64,000 bases of DNA from a phage. The number at the start of each line of letters is the position of its first letter. Position 1 is the stretch's first letter. Under the pieces are notes generated by a model. The model had not been told where the DNA came from, searched no databases, and saw only the letters and a list, made by a program, of their open reading frames with translations. The position numbers and the translations under genes are program-made. The stretch lies in sequence record PZ154897.1, one strand, 5' to 3'. This document shows positions 46,298 to 57,476 of the stretch, piece by piece.

Positions 46298-46573
46298 TTA
46301 TTCACTACCTGGCATAGACGGCCCGCGCGGTGATAATTCGTCATATTGTTTTTCCGTTAAAACAGTAATATCATAGTAACAATCAGAAGAAGTTTTAACT
46401 GTGGAAATTTTATTATCAAAATACTCACGAGTCATTTTATGAGTATAATATTTTTTGCCATAAATGATAATAGGCTGTTCTGGTCCTGGAACTTCTAACT
46501 CGCTTGGATTAGGAAGTGTAAAAAGAACGACACCAGAAGTATCCTTAAATCGTAAAATCATATATCCTCTCAA
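46298..46573 (-). CDS. hypothetical protein (nrdA.2 position)
   Basis: 91-aa ORF. Confidence 0.45.
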   Translation of the reverse strand: MRGYMILRFKDTSGVVLFTLPNPSELEVPGPEQPIIIYGKKYYTHKMTREYFDNKISTVKTSSDCYYDITVLTEKQYDELSPRGPSMPGSE

Positions 46574-46584
46574 TTAAATTAAAA

Positions 46585-46896
46585 TTACACCGCCATCTTT
46601 CCTTTAATTGGCGGGTGAGATTCGTAACCTTTAAGAACGAAATCTTTAGGCCTGAGTTTAAGAACATATTTTAATTGTTCTTTAGTAGAAAGATAGCGGA
46701 ATTTATAAGGTAGACCACTTATTACCAGCTCACAAAGCTCTTTAGGTTCACGACGTAAAATTTCTTTACATTGTTCTACGTGATTCATATAGATATGAGT
46801 ATTACCACCAGAAAATATCAAATCTCCTGGAATAAGATTACACATCTTAGCTACAATATGAACTAACGCAGCATATGATGCAATATTAAATGGAAG
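46585..46896 (-). CDS. td: thymidylate synthase, exon 2
   Basis: Encodes LPFNIASYA...KGKMAV; joins exon 1 after intron removal. Confidence 0.9.
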   Translation of the reverse strand, partial: LPFNIASYAALVHIVAKMCNLIPGDLIFSGGNTHIYMNHVEQCKEILRREPKELCELVISGLPYKFRYLSTKEQLKYVLKLRPKDFVLKGYESHPPIKGKMAV

Positions 46897-47158
46897 CATT
46901 ATGTTCAGATAAGGTCGTTAATCTTATCCCGGAATTATATCCAGCTGCATGTCGCCATGCAGTTCAGACTATATCTTCAACTTGTTAAAGCAAGTTGTCT
47001 ATCGTTTCGAGTCACTTGACCCTACTCCCTAAAGGGATAGTCGTTAGGCATTTATGTAGAACCAAAGTCCTACAATTTAGCACGGGATTGTCTACTAGAG
47101 AGGTTCCCCGTTTAGATAGATTACAAGTATAAGTCACCTTATACTCAGGCCTCAATTA
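46897..47158 (-). ncRNA. td group I self-splicing intron, ORF-less (262 nt)
   Basis: Starts UAAUUGAGGCCUGAGUAUAAGGUGAC after exon ...CUUGGGU, ends ...CUGAACAUAAUG; matches T4 td intron core by recall; no internal ORF. Confidence 0.85.
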
Positions 47159-47706
47159 ACCCAAGAAAACATCTACAGAACGTTGATACCACTGCAAATC
47201 CAAATAGCCATTACGCACATTAAACTGATAGAACATATGACAAGGCGGTAATGCCATATATTTAAGTTCAGCTGGATTCCACGCCGACACAATTTGACGC
47301 CTATCATTCGGCAGTTTTTTAATACGATCAATAACTTCTACAATTTGGTCTACACCGCCAAAATCACGCCACTGTTTTCCATAAATTGGACCAAGTTCAC
47401 CACTATGATATCCTAAATCTTTTGCTTGATTTTCGTAATTTTCATCCCAGACTGTTTTGCCTTGAATTAATGAATCATGCTGAATTAATCGTAAATCATT
47501 TACGTTAGTACTTCCTGACAAAAACCAAAGGAGCTCAGCAATACAAGCTTTCCAGGCGAGCTTCTTAGTCGTTACTGCAGGAAAACCTTTAGTTAAATCC
47601 CAGCGTAATTTAGTACCGAACAGAGCAATTGTTCCTGTGCCTGTTCGATCATCAGTTTCATAACCATTTTCCAGGATATCTTTAATTAAAAATTGGTATT
47701 GTTTCA

Positions 47707-47707
<1 letters not shown>
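47159..47707 (-). CDS. td: thymidylate synthase, exon 1
   Basis: 183 codons from MKQYQ to SVDVFLG; start overlaps upstream ORF stop (TAATG). Confidence 0.9.
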
Positions 47708-48736
<1,029 letters not shown>

Positions 48737-48746
48737 ATTATTTTCC

Positions 48747-48989
48747 TTAAACAGACTTTTTCACAATTTTCCAATCAGCTTTAAACTGTTCAACGTCAGA
48801 ATGATAAATCCAGAATCCTGCGCTTTCTCCATCCTCATAAAGAGGGCATCCATCGCATTCATCTTCCCATCCCATATCACGCAAAAGATGTTCAGCTTTT
48901 TCAACGAGTTCAGAATCTTTACCGATGATATTAAAATACCATTTACCTCTAACTTCTGAATCTTTGATGCTCTGGCGTTGTAATCTCAT
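48747..48989 (-). CDS. hypothetical protein (frd.2 position)
   Basis: 80-aa ORF downstream of early promoter. Confidence 0.45.
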   Translation of the reverse strand: MRLQRQSIKDSEVRGKWYFNIIGKDSELVEKAEHLLRDMGWEDECDGCPLYEDGESAGFWIYHSDVEQFKADWKIVKKSV

Positions 48990-49014
48990 TTTATTCTCCT
49001 TAGTTGATAGGGTA

Positions 49015-49044
49015 ATAGTATCACACTACTACCCTGTTGTAAAC
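49015..49044 (-). promoter_or_regulatory. early promoter (GTTTAC...TACTAT) with imperfect inverted repeat
   Basis: Minus-strand GTTTAC 49039-49044, -10 49015-49020. Confidence 0.55.
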
Positions 49045-49424
49045 TACTTTTTGAAAGTTTTTCGCAAAAGTTCAATGATTTCATCTACATTGTTTTCGTC
49101 TACAATGCAGTGAATTTTTGTTACGCCAGAAACCTTGTCTTCTATTTCATCTTCTTCAGAAGTCGGTTCTTTATACTCGCGGAAACAATGAAATTCGTCT
49201 TCGCAAATTTCTAAAAGTCTATCTTTGAGGTAAAAATGCTTTCCATTTGCGCATTCAATGTGTTTTACTGCTTTATATCCATTAGCGACGGAAACTTCTT
49301 TAACTTCAAACCATCCGCCATTATCTCGAATAGCTTTAACTATTGATGAATTAGAACGTGGGCTATAATTAATAAATGTATCAATAAGTCTTGGAACAAG
49401 TTCATATTTTCTACCAGTATACAT
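49044..49424 (-). CDS. hypothetical protein (frd.3 position)
   Basis: 126-aa ORF. Confidence 0.45.
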   Translation of the reverse strand: MYTGRKYELVPRLIDTFINYSPRSNSSIVKAIRDNGGWFEVKEVSVANGYKAVKHIECANGKHFYLKDRLLEICEDEFHCFREYKEPTSEEDEIEDKVSGVTKIHCIVDENNVDEIIELLRKTFKK

Positions 49425-49444
49425 TGCGTTTTCCTCATTTTAAT

Positions 49445-49462
49445 AGGGGCTTGATAGCCCCT
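49445..49462 (-). terminator. hairpin downstream of gene 32 region
   Basis: AGGGGC-TTGATA-GCCCCT stem-loop. Confidence 0.5.
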
Positions 49463-49468
49463 TGATAA

Positions 49469-50647
49469 TTACTGCTCAATAAATCCTGTGTAAAATTCTA
49501 CATCTTCAGCATCCATACCGTCACAATATTCATTAACCATAAATTGTTTAAGACGATTTAAAGGACCTTCAATAACAACTGAAACATTGCAATTAGGATC
49601 ATTTAGTGCGCTTGTAATACGGAGTTCAGGATAACGATTACGAATAATTTCTTCAATATATTCAAAATCAACAACATCAATATCAATTTTAGCCATGTTA
49701 TTTTCCTCTTTAATCATCATCAGCAGTATTGCCGATAGTTGTATAGTACCACAGTATGCTTTGGGGTCCGTGTCATCAGCACTAGATGAACTGCCAGAGC
49801 TTGAGCTCATAAAATCATCTTCAGTTTTTGTTTTGAAGTCATCAACATTGAATGCATCCAAATCATCAGCAACTTTATCAGCTTTCTTAGCGGCAGTTGC
49901 TGCGGCACCACCCATAGCAGCAGTTCCCATAACTTGACTGAACTTAGTGCTCAGTTCTTCAAACGATTTGAATTTATCTTTAGAAGTCATTTCAGAAAGG
50001 TCAACCATTTGTTCGAACAGTTCTTTCTGGAAAGATTCATCATCAATGTTTGGAATCGCAGATTGATTCAGGAATTTAGATTCGTCGTAGTTACTAAAAC
50101 CAGAAACTTGTTTAACTTTCAGTACAAAGTTAGCACCTTCCCACGGACAAGTTACATCAACAGGAGTTTCACCCATTTCAACATCAACTGCAATCATTGC
50201 ATTGATTTTATCCCAGATTTTCTTACCGAAACGATATTTAAATACTTTACCTTCATTTTCTGGAGCAGCTGGGTCTTTTACAACAAGAATGTTAGCCCAG
50301 TAAGAAGTTTTACGTTTAACAAGACCGTACTCTTTATTGTCAGTGTTATACAAATCATTTTTACTGATGTACTGACATACTGGACAAGAATCGTAATCAC
50401 CGTAGGTAGATGAGCATGTTTCGATATACCATTTACCATTTTTCTTGAAACCGTGATTTACAAGAAGTGCGAATGGTGCTTGTTCATCATTTTTAGACGG
50501 AAGAAAACGAATTACTGCTTGACCGTTACCCGCATTATCGAGTTTCAGTTTCCACTCGCCTTTATCTTCAGAAGAAAAACCACCTTTATTTCCAGCCAGT
50601 TTAGCCATTTGTGCAGCGAGTTCAGCAGTAGATTTACGTTTAAACAT
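49469..50647 (-). CDS. 32: gp32 single-stranded DNA-binding protein; ORF as sequenced extends to 392 codons by read-through into a downstream 75-codon ORF
   Basis: N-terminal about 294 aa match T4 gp32 by recall; no stop after acidic tail; internal ATG with RBS at 49696. Confidence 0.85.
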   Translation of the reverse strand: MFKRKSTAELAAQMAKLAGNKGGFSSEDKGEWKLKLDNAGNGQAVIRFLPSKNDEQAPFALLVNHGFKKNGKWYIETCSSTYGDYDSCPVCQYISKNDLYNTDNKEYGLVKRKTSYWANILVVKDPAAPENEGKVFKYRFGKKIWDKINAMIAVDVEMGETPVDVTCPWEGANFVLKVKQVSGFSNYDESKFLNQSAIPNIDDESFQKELFEQMVDLSEMTSKDKFKSFEELSTKFSQVMGTAAMGGAAATAAKKADKVADDLDAFNVDDFKTKTEDDFMSSSSGSSSSADDTDPKAYCGTIQLSAILLMMIKEENNMAKIDIDVVDFEYIEEIIRNRYPELRITSALNDPNCNVSVVIEGPLNRLKQFMVNEYCDGMDAEDVEFYTGFIEQ

Positions 50648-50698
50648 TTTTATTTCCTTTTTTAATTTAATTAACAGTTGGTGCTATGACACTTTACC

Positions 50699-51331
50699 TC
50701 ATAGCTGGCATAATTCGCAATACTCTGGGTCTTCGAGAGGTATCCAACCTGAGTTGAAATACTTTACCATCGATTTAGCAGTTGTATCAGTTATATTTAT
50801 ATTACCTTTAACTCTTCGCCATCCAGGAGTTTTACCGTACAGATTAGAGGATAATAATAACACATAATTCTCGTAAGCAATATGAGATAATTTCCAAGAC
50901 TCTATATTAGCTCGTGATGTTTTCCAAGGTCTAAAATCGTCACGGTTCATATAATTAGCCAATCTCATATGCTCTCTAACTTCCGGGTCTTTGGCTGGAT
51001 GAGTTTCACCACTCACACCAAATCCGCCGCCAGCATATACCAGATTAAAATAGTCTGGATTATCTCTGGCATTTACTTCAAGTTGGTATTTTCGCTCTGC
51101 TTCAATAACATCCAAATCATCATCAATTTGAATTATTTTAACGCTCGGTTTTTGAAGCATTACCGCATTTAAAAATCTTTTTTGTTTGCACGAGCTCCAG
51201 TATTCCTTTCCGGAAGAGTCATATATTATTCCATTCTCAAATGAGCAATTTAATTTACTGCCGATATAGTAGTACGGCGGAGTCTTATTTTTGACACGGT
51301 CTTCAAATGTAAACCAATATACTATATTCAT
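50699..51331 (-). CDS. putative GIY-YIG homing endonuclease (SegG-like, 32.1 position)
   Basis: 210-aa ORF between 32 and 59; NIVYWFTF...YYYIGSK resembles GIY-YIG. Confidence 0.55.
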   Translation of the reverse strand: MNIVYWFTFEDRVKNKTPPYYYIGSKLNCSFENGIIYDSSGKEYWSSCKQKRFLNAVMLQKPSVKIIQIDDDLDVIEAERKYQLEVNARDNPDYFNLVYAGGGFGVSGETHPAKDPEVREHMRLANYMNRDDFRPWKTSRANIESWKLSHIAYENYVLLLSSNLYGKTPGWRRVKGNINITDTTAKSMVKYFNSGWIPLEDPEYCELCQL

Positions 51332-51332
51332 A

Positions 51333-51986
51333 TCAATACTTACAAGATTTCACAGTTTCAATGAAAACACTTTTAGCTTTCTGTGAATCAATATTTAAAA
51401 TTTTTCTATAAGCTTTTAACTTTATAGAATAATTATTCCAGACTAAATTATCAGTCTGTTCATCATGTTTATCGATTATATTTAAAAACGAATCAAGCAA
51501 GATAAACGTCTCAAACGAAATTATATTCGATTGAAGTAGTTTAAAAATATAACTTGATTGAACTTTTGGATTATACTCAAAGATTTCTTTAAAAGCAGAA
51601 ACTTCAACTTTTTTACTAAAATAATAAATGTTGCGAATATCTTCTTCAAACTTAAATTTAATTTGCTTTAAGCGTCCGATATATTCACGATAAAACACAA
51701 GTGCATCAGCGTCAGAGATGTCACCAATCCAAGCATCTTGGTTAGCAACAAGATTGCTTATAAAGATTAAGGCAAGTTCCTTTAATTTATATTTTTCTGA
51801 TAGCTTCTGGAAAAAATACTTATCCCTTCGCTTTTGATAAGCGGCATCAGACACCCGCATGCACCAATTATACTTAATTACATCATACTTTCCATTCATA
51901 TGTTGTTTTATCATTAAGTATAATTTATAAACTGATTTACCATCAATGTATCTTTCACCACCAGCAGGCATGCGGAGTTTAATCAT
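51333..51986 (-). CDS. 59: gp59 helicase loader
   Basis: 217-aa ORF; T4 gp59 length; synteny. Confidence 0.9.
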   Translation of the reverse strand: MIKLRMPAGGERYIDGKSVYKLYLMIKQHMNGKYDVIKYNWCMRVSDAAYQKRRDKYFFQKLSEKYKLKELALIFISNLVANQDAWIGDISDADALVFYREYIGRLKQIKFKFEEDIRNIYYFSKKVEVSAFKEIFEYNPKVQSSYIFKLLQSNIISFETFILLDSFLNIIDKHDEQTDNLVWNNYSIKLKAYRKILNIDSQKAKSVFIETVKSCKY

Positions 51987-52321
51987 AGTAGAAAATCTAA
52001 TGTATTAGTTTTTTCACAACGAACAACAGAAGGACGTAAAAGATTTTCGTCGATAGCTTCTGACTGAATTTTTTCAATTATACCCGAAGGAATAAATTTA
52101 GCAAATTGAGTTTCAGGAATAGAATTTTCTTCTAAGAATGCTGTTGTAGCTTCAAGATAACTCATTCCAAACTCTTCTACCATTTTTTCAATGATAAATC
52201 CATTTTCTTGGCGGTCAAGAAGCTTTGCTATTTCATCCTTTTCTTTCTTAATTGAAAGTTCTTTTTCTGAAAGACCGGTCTCATCGACCGGACGAATATC
52301 ATTTAGAGAAAACTGTGTCAT
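51983..52321 (-). CDS. 33: gp33 late transcription co-activator
   Basis: 112 aa from MTQFSLNDIRP; synteny. Confidence 0.85.
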   Translation of the reverse strand: MTQFSLNDIRPVDETGLSEKELSIKKEKDEIAKLLDRQENGFIIEKMVEEFGMSYLEATTAFLEENSIPETQFAKFIPSGIIEKIQSEAIDENLLRPSVVRCEKTNTLDFLL

Positions 52322-52568
52322 AAAGTTCAACTACCTCTTCAGTTTCAGCTTCAAACACATCACGGTTATCTTTATGATACAAAGCTAATAGACGATTAAA
52401 CATCTTGCCATCAACGCCAAGTTCATCTTTGGCACGAATTCGAATATCTTTAATCAATTCATTATAACCAGAAATTTTCAGTTTATGATCAGATGCTTCT
52501 TTAATAAATTTAGCCAAGTCTTCGCCATGGATAGCTTCATCAAATTCAACCATTTCTTTTTTAGCCAT
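52299..52568 (-). CDS. dsbA: DsbA double-stranded DNA-binding protein
   Basis: 89-aa ORF; T4 DsbA length; synteny. Confidence 0.8.
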   Translation of the reverse strand: MAKKEMVEFDEAIHGEDLAKFIKEASDHKLKISGYNELIKDIRIRAKDELGVDGKMFNRLLALYHKDNRDVFEAETEEVVELYDTVFSK

Positions 52569-52576
52569 TATTCACC

Positions 52577-53494
52577 TCAAAATTCATTAATGCTATTAGT
52601 TAATTTAGAAAGACCCGCTTTTACAAAATATGAATAAATTTTGCCACGCGGTGGTAATTTATATGAATTATAGTAATTCACAATGTTTGAAGCAATATTA
52701 TCAGGAATATAATCAAAATCAATTAGAACTAAATTTTCTTTATACCGATTATATTCAGATTCAGTGAGAAGCACCTTAGCTTGCTCGCGGTCATTAGCAA
52801 TAGCTTCAACAATAGAGGTTTTCATTGAAGGAGTTCGTTCACCTTCAACTCTGGTAAACCAAAAGTCAGATCGTACTTTAACTGAAGCAACGTTATCCTT
52901 TTTGTCGCCTTTAAGGATTTTAGTCATACAGTCAATTTCAGCAGAACCGCTTTTAATTTTAACCCATTTCTTGTGCATCGGTGACCATTGCTTAACATTT
53001 GGGTATTTGTGAAGTTGAGTAAAGTCACCATCCGATGAAATGATTAAAATCTTGTGTCCTTCTAAAGAGAACTTTTTAACCAAAACAGCAATATGGTCAT
53101 CTGCTTCATACTTATCAATATCCATAACAATGTATGGCATATAAGCTTTCAATTCATCTATAACTTTATGACTGGATTCAAAATAACCTTCCCAATCCCA
53201 AGTAGATTCTTCTCGTGCTTTTCCACGGTTTTTCTTATAATAATAAGCGAAATCACGACGCCAGTATCCAGATTTCGCATTATCGATACACAGTACAATT
53301 TTAGTGTATCCAAGAGTTTTTGCTTTTTTGACATTAAACTTAATTGAGTTCAATATCAAATGACGAACCATTGATAAATTAATTTTTTCTTTATCTGGGA
53401 AGTTTACTAGAGCAGTTGAAAGTGCAATTTGACTAAAGTCAATTAAGCAGATTCCTTCTTTGTAATCTTCATCCAGCATCATTTCTAAATCCAT
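52577..53494 (-). CDS. rnh: RNase H (5'-3' exonuclease/FEN)
   Basis: 305 aa from MDLEMMLDEDY; T4 RNase H N-terminus by recall. Confidence 0.9.
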   Translation of the reverse strand: MDLEMMLDEDYKEGICLIDFSQIALSTALVNFPDKEKINLSMVRHLILNSIKFNVKKAKTLGYTKIVLCIDNAKSGYWRRDFAYYYKKNRGKAREESTWDWEGYFESSHKVIDELKAYMPYIVMDIDKYEADDHIAVLVKKFSLEGHKILIISSDGDFTQLHKYPNVKQWSPMHKKWVKIKSGSAEIDCMTKILKGDKKDNVASVKVRSDFWFTRVEGERTPSMKTSIVEAIANDREQAKVLLTESEYNRYKENLVLIDFDYIPDNIASNIVNYYNSYKLPPRGKIYSYFVKAGLSKLTNSINEF

Positions 53495-53556
53495 ATGAAC
53501 CTCGTTCAATTAGTGAGATTTCTATTATATACCATCCGAATCTTAAAGTAAACAAG

Positions 53557-53564
53557 TATAAATA
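53557..53564 (+). promoter_or_regulatory. late promoter TATAAATA (P34)
   Basis: Exact late consensus 35 nt upstream of gene 34. Confidence 0.7.
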
Positions 53565-53598
53565 CTTATTATTGAAAACACAATAGGAGCCCGGGAGA

Positions 53599-56500
53599 AT
53601 GGCCGAGATTAAAAGAAAGTTCAGAGCAGAAGACGGTCTGGACGCAGGTGGCGATAAAATAATCAACGTAGCTTTAGCTGATCGTACCGTAGGAACTGAC
53701 GGTGTTAACGTTGATTACCTAATTCAAGAAAACACAGTTCAACAATACGATCCAACTCGTGGATATTTAAAAGATTTTGTAATCATTTATGATAACCGCT
53801 TTTGGGCTGCTATAAATGATATTCCAAAACCGGCAGGAACTTTTAATAGTGGACGCTGGAGAGCATTGCGTACTGATGCTAACTGGATTACAGTTTCATC
53901 GGGTTCATATCAATTAAAATCTGGTGAAGCTATTTCGGTTAACACTGCAGCCGGTAATGATATTACATTTACTTTACCATCTACCCCAATTGATGGTGAT
54001 ACTATCGTTCTCCAAGACATTGGAGGAAAACCTGGAGTTAACCAAGTTTTAATTGTAGCTCCAGTGCAAAGTATTGTAAACTTCAGAGGTCAGCAAGTAC
54101 GTTCAGTACTAATGACTCATCCAAAATCACAGTTGGTTTTAATTTTTAGTAATCGTCTGTGGCAAATGTATGTTGCTGATTATAGTAGAGAAGCTGTAGT
54201 TGTAACACCAGCGAATACTTATCAAGCGCAATCTAACGATTTTATCGTACGTAGATTTACTTCTGCTGCACCGATTAATATTAAACTTCCGAGATTTGCC
54301 AATCACGGCGATATTATTAATTTCGTCGATTTGGATAAATTAAACCCTCTTTATCATACAATTGTTACTACATACGATGAAACTACTTCAATACAAGAAG
54401 ATGGAACTCATTCTATTGAAGGACGTACATCTATTGATGGTTTCTTGATGTATGACGATAATGAAAAATTGTGGAGATTGTTTGACGGGGACAGTAAAGC
54501 ACGTTTACGTATTATAACAACTAATTCAAATATTCGTCCAAATGAAGAAGTTATGGTATTTGGTGCGAATAATGGAACAACTCAAACAATTGAGCTTCAG
54601 CTTCCAACTAATATTTCTGTTGGTGATACTGTTAAAATTTCCATGAATTACATGCGAAAAGGCCAAACAGTTAAAATCAAAGCTGCCGGTGAAGATAAAA
54701 TTGCTTCTTCAGTTCAATTGCTGCAATTCCCAAAACGTTCAGAATATCCGCCTGAAGCTGAATGGGTAACTGTTCAAGAATTAGTTTTTAACGGTGAAAC
54801 TAATTATGTTCCAGTTTTACAACTTGCTTATATAGAAGATTCTGACGGAAAATACTGGGTTGTACAACAAAACGTTCCAACTGTAGAAAGAGTTGATTCT
54901 TTAAATGATTCTACTAGAGCAAGATTAGGCGTGATTGCTTTAGCTACACAAGCGCAAGCTAATGTCGATTTAGAAAATTCTCCACAAAAAGAATTAGCAA
55001 TTACTCCAGAAACATTAGCTAACCGTACTGCTACAGAAACTCGTAGAGGTATCGCAAGAATAGCAACTACTGCTCAAGTGAATCAGAACACCACATTCTC
55101 TTTTGCTGATGATATTATCATCACTCCTAAAAAGCTGAATGAAAGAACTGCTACAGAAACTCGTAGAGGTGTTGCTGAAATTGCTACGCAACAGGAAACT
55201 AATGCAGGTACTGATGATACTACAATCATCACTCCTAAAAAGCTTCAAGCTCGACAAGGTTCTGAATCATTATCTGGTATTGTAACATTTGTATCTACTG
55301 CAGGAGCTACTCCAGCTTCTAGTCGTGAATTAAATGGTACAAACGTTTATAATAAAAACACTAATAATTTAGTTGTTTCGCCTAAAGCTCTGGATCAGTA
55401 TAAAGCTACTCCAACACAACAAGGTGCAGTAATTTTAGCAGTTGAAAGTGAAGTAATTGCTGGACAAAGCCAAGAAGGATGGGCAAATGCGGTTGTAACG
55501 CCAGAAACGTTACATAAAAAGACATCAACTGATGGAAGAATTGGTTTAATTGAAATTGCTACGCAAAGTGAAGTTAATACAGGAACTGATTATACTCGTG
55601 CAGTCACTCCTAAAACTTTAAATGACCGTATAGCAACTGAAAGTTTAAGTGGTATAGCTGAAATTGCTACACAAGTTGAATTCGACGCAGGCGTCGACGA
55701 TACTCGTATCTCTACACCATTAAAAATTAAAACTAGATTTAATAGTACTGATCGTACTTCTGTTGTTGCTCTATCTGGATTAGTTGAATCAGGAACTCTC
55801 TGGGACCATTATACCCTTAATATTCTTGAAGCAAATGAGACACAACGTGGTACACTTCGTGTAGCTACACAAGTTGAAGCTTCTGCAGGAACATTGGATA
55901 ATGTTTTGATAACTCCTAAAAAGCTTTTAGGTACTAAATCTACTGAAGCACAGGAAGGTGTTATTAAAGTTGCAACTCAGTCTGAAACTGTGACTGGAAC
56001 GTCAGCAAATACTGCTGTATCTCCAAAAAATTTAAAATGGATTGCGCAGAGTGAACCTACTTGGGCAGCTACTACTGCGATAAGAGGCTTTGTTAAAACT
56101 TCATCTGGTTCAATTACATTTGTTGGTAATGATACAGCTGGTTCTACGCAGGACTTAGAGTTATATGAGAAAAATAGCTATGCAGTATCACCATATGAAT
56201 TAAACCGTGTATTAGCAAATTATTTGCCATTAAAAGCAAAAGCCGCTGACACAAATTTATTGGATGGTCTAGATTCATCCCAGTTCATTCGTAGGGATAT
56301 TGCACAGACGGTTAATGGTTCACTAACCTTAACCCAACAAACGAATCTGAGTGCCCCTCTTGTATCATCTAGTACTGCTACGTTTGGCGGATCAGTTTCG
56401 GCAAACAGCACATTAACTATTTCTAATACTGGAACGGCAACTCGTCTGATATTTGAGAAAGGACCTCAAACTGGAACTAACCCAGCGCAGACGATGACTA

Positions 56501-57468
56501 TCAGAGTTTGGGGAAATCAGTTTGGTGGCGGTTCAGATACAACACGTTCTACTGTATTTGAAGTTGGTGATGAAACGTCTAATCACTTTTATTCTCAACG
56601 TAATAAAGCTGGGAATATAACGTTTAGTATCAATGGTACTGTGATGCCGATAAATGTCAATGCTTCGGGTTCTTTGAACGCGAACGGTGTTGCAACATTT
56701 GGTAGTTCAGTTACTGCTAATGGTGAATTCATCAGCAAGTCTGCAAATGCTTTCAGAGCAATAAACGGTGATTACGGATTCTTTATTCGCAACGATGCTG
56801 CTAACACCTATTTTATGCTTACTGCATCGGGTGATCAGACTGGCGGATTTAATGGATTACGTCCTTTAGCTATTAACAATGCATCCGGTCAAGTAACGAT
56901 TGGTGAAAGCTTAATCATTGCCAAAGGTGCTACTATAAATTCAGGTGGTTTAACTGTTAACTCGAGAATTCGTTCTCAGGGCACTAAAACATCTGACTTA
57001 TATACCCGTGCGCCAACATCTGATACTGTAGGATTCTGGTCAATTGACATTAATGATTCAGCTACTTATAACCAGTTCCCAGGTTATTTTAAAATGGTTG
57101 AAAAAACTAATGAAGTGACTGGGCTTCCGTACTTAGAACGTGGCGAAGAAGTTAAATCTCCTGGTACATTAACTCAGTTTGGTAACACACTTGATTCGCT
57201 TTACCAAGATTGGATTACTTATCCAACGACTCCAGAAGCACGTACCACTCGCTGGACACGTACATGGCAGAAAACCAAAAATTCTTGGTCGAGTTTTGTT
57301 CAGGTATTTGATGGAGGTAACCCTCCTCAACCATCTGATATCGGTGCTTTACCATCTGATAATGCTACAATGGGGAATCTTACTATTCGTGATTTCTTAC
57401 GAATTGGTAATGTTCGTATTATTCCTGACCCAGTGAATAAAACGGTTAAATTTGAATGGGTTGAATAA
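53599..57468 (+). CDS. 34: long tail fibre proximal subunit gp34
   Basis: 1289-aa ORF; T4 gp34 length; repeated ATQxExxxGT motifs. Confidence 0.95.
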   Translation: MAEIKRKFRAEDGLDAGGDKIINVALADRTVGTDGVNVDYLIQENTVQQYDPTRGYLKDFVIIYDNRFWAAINDIPKPAGTFNSGRWRALRTDANWITVSSGSYQLKSGEAISVNTAAGNDITFTLPSTPIDGDTIVLQDIGGKPGVNQVLIVAPVQSIVNFRGQQVRSVLMTHPKSQLVLIFSNRLWQMYVADYSREAVVVTPANTYQAQSNDFIVRRFTSAAPINIKLPRFANHGDIINFVDLDKLNPLYHTIVTTYDETTSIQEDGTHSIEGRTSIDGFLMYDDNEKLWRLFDGDSKARLRIITTNSNIRPNEEVMVFGANNGTTQTIELQLPTNISVGDTVKISMNYMRKGQTVKIKAAGEDKIASSVQLLQFPKRSEYPPEAEWVTVQELVFNGETNYVPVLQLAYIEDSDGKYWVVQQNVPTVERVDSLNDSTRARLGVIALATQAQANVDLENSPQKELAITPETLANRTATETRRGIARIATTAQVNQNTTFSFADDIIITPKKLNERTATETRRGVAEIATQQETNAGTDDTTIITPKKLQARQGSESLSGIVTFVSTAGATPASSRELNGTNVYNKNTNNLVVSPKALDQYKATPTQQGAVILAVESEVIAGQSQEGWANAVVTPETLHKKTSTDGRIGLIEIATQSEVNTGTDYTRAVTPKTLNDRIATESLSGIAEIATQVEFDAGVDDTRISTPLKIKTRFNSTDRTSVVALSGLVESGTLWDHYTLNILEANETQRGTLRVATQVEASAGTLDNVLITPKKLLGTKSTEAQEGVIKVATQSETVTGTSANTAVSPKNLKWIAQSEPTWAATTAIRGFVKTSSGSITFVGNDTAGSTQDLELYEKNSYAVSPYELNRVLANYLPLKAKAADTNLLDGLDSSQFIRRDIAQTVNGSLTLTQQTNLSAPLVSSSTATFGGSVSANSTLTISNTGTATRLIFEKGPQTGTNPAQTMTIRVWGNQFGGGSDTTRSTVFEVGDETSNHFYSQRNKAGNITFSINGTVMPINVNASGSLNANGVATFGSSVTANGEFISKSANAFRAINGDYGFFIRNDAANTYFMLTASGDQTGGFNGLRPLAINNASGQVTIGESLIIAKGATINSGGLTVNSRIRSQGTKTSDLYTRAPTSDTVGFWSIDINDSATYNQFPGYFKMVEKTNEVTGLPYLERGEEVKSPGTLTQFGNTLDSLYQDWITYPTTPEARTTRWTRTWQKTKNSWSSFVQVFDGGNPPQPSDIGALPSDNATMGNLTIRDFLRIGNVRIIPDPVNKTVKFEWVE

Positions 57469-57476
57469 GAGGTATT

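Noticed and set aside
49934-50413. 159-aa plus-strand ORF inside gene 32
   Set aside because: Antisense to gp32; no independent support.
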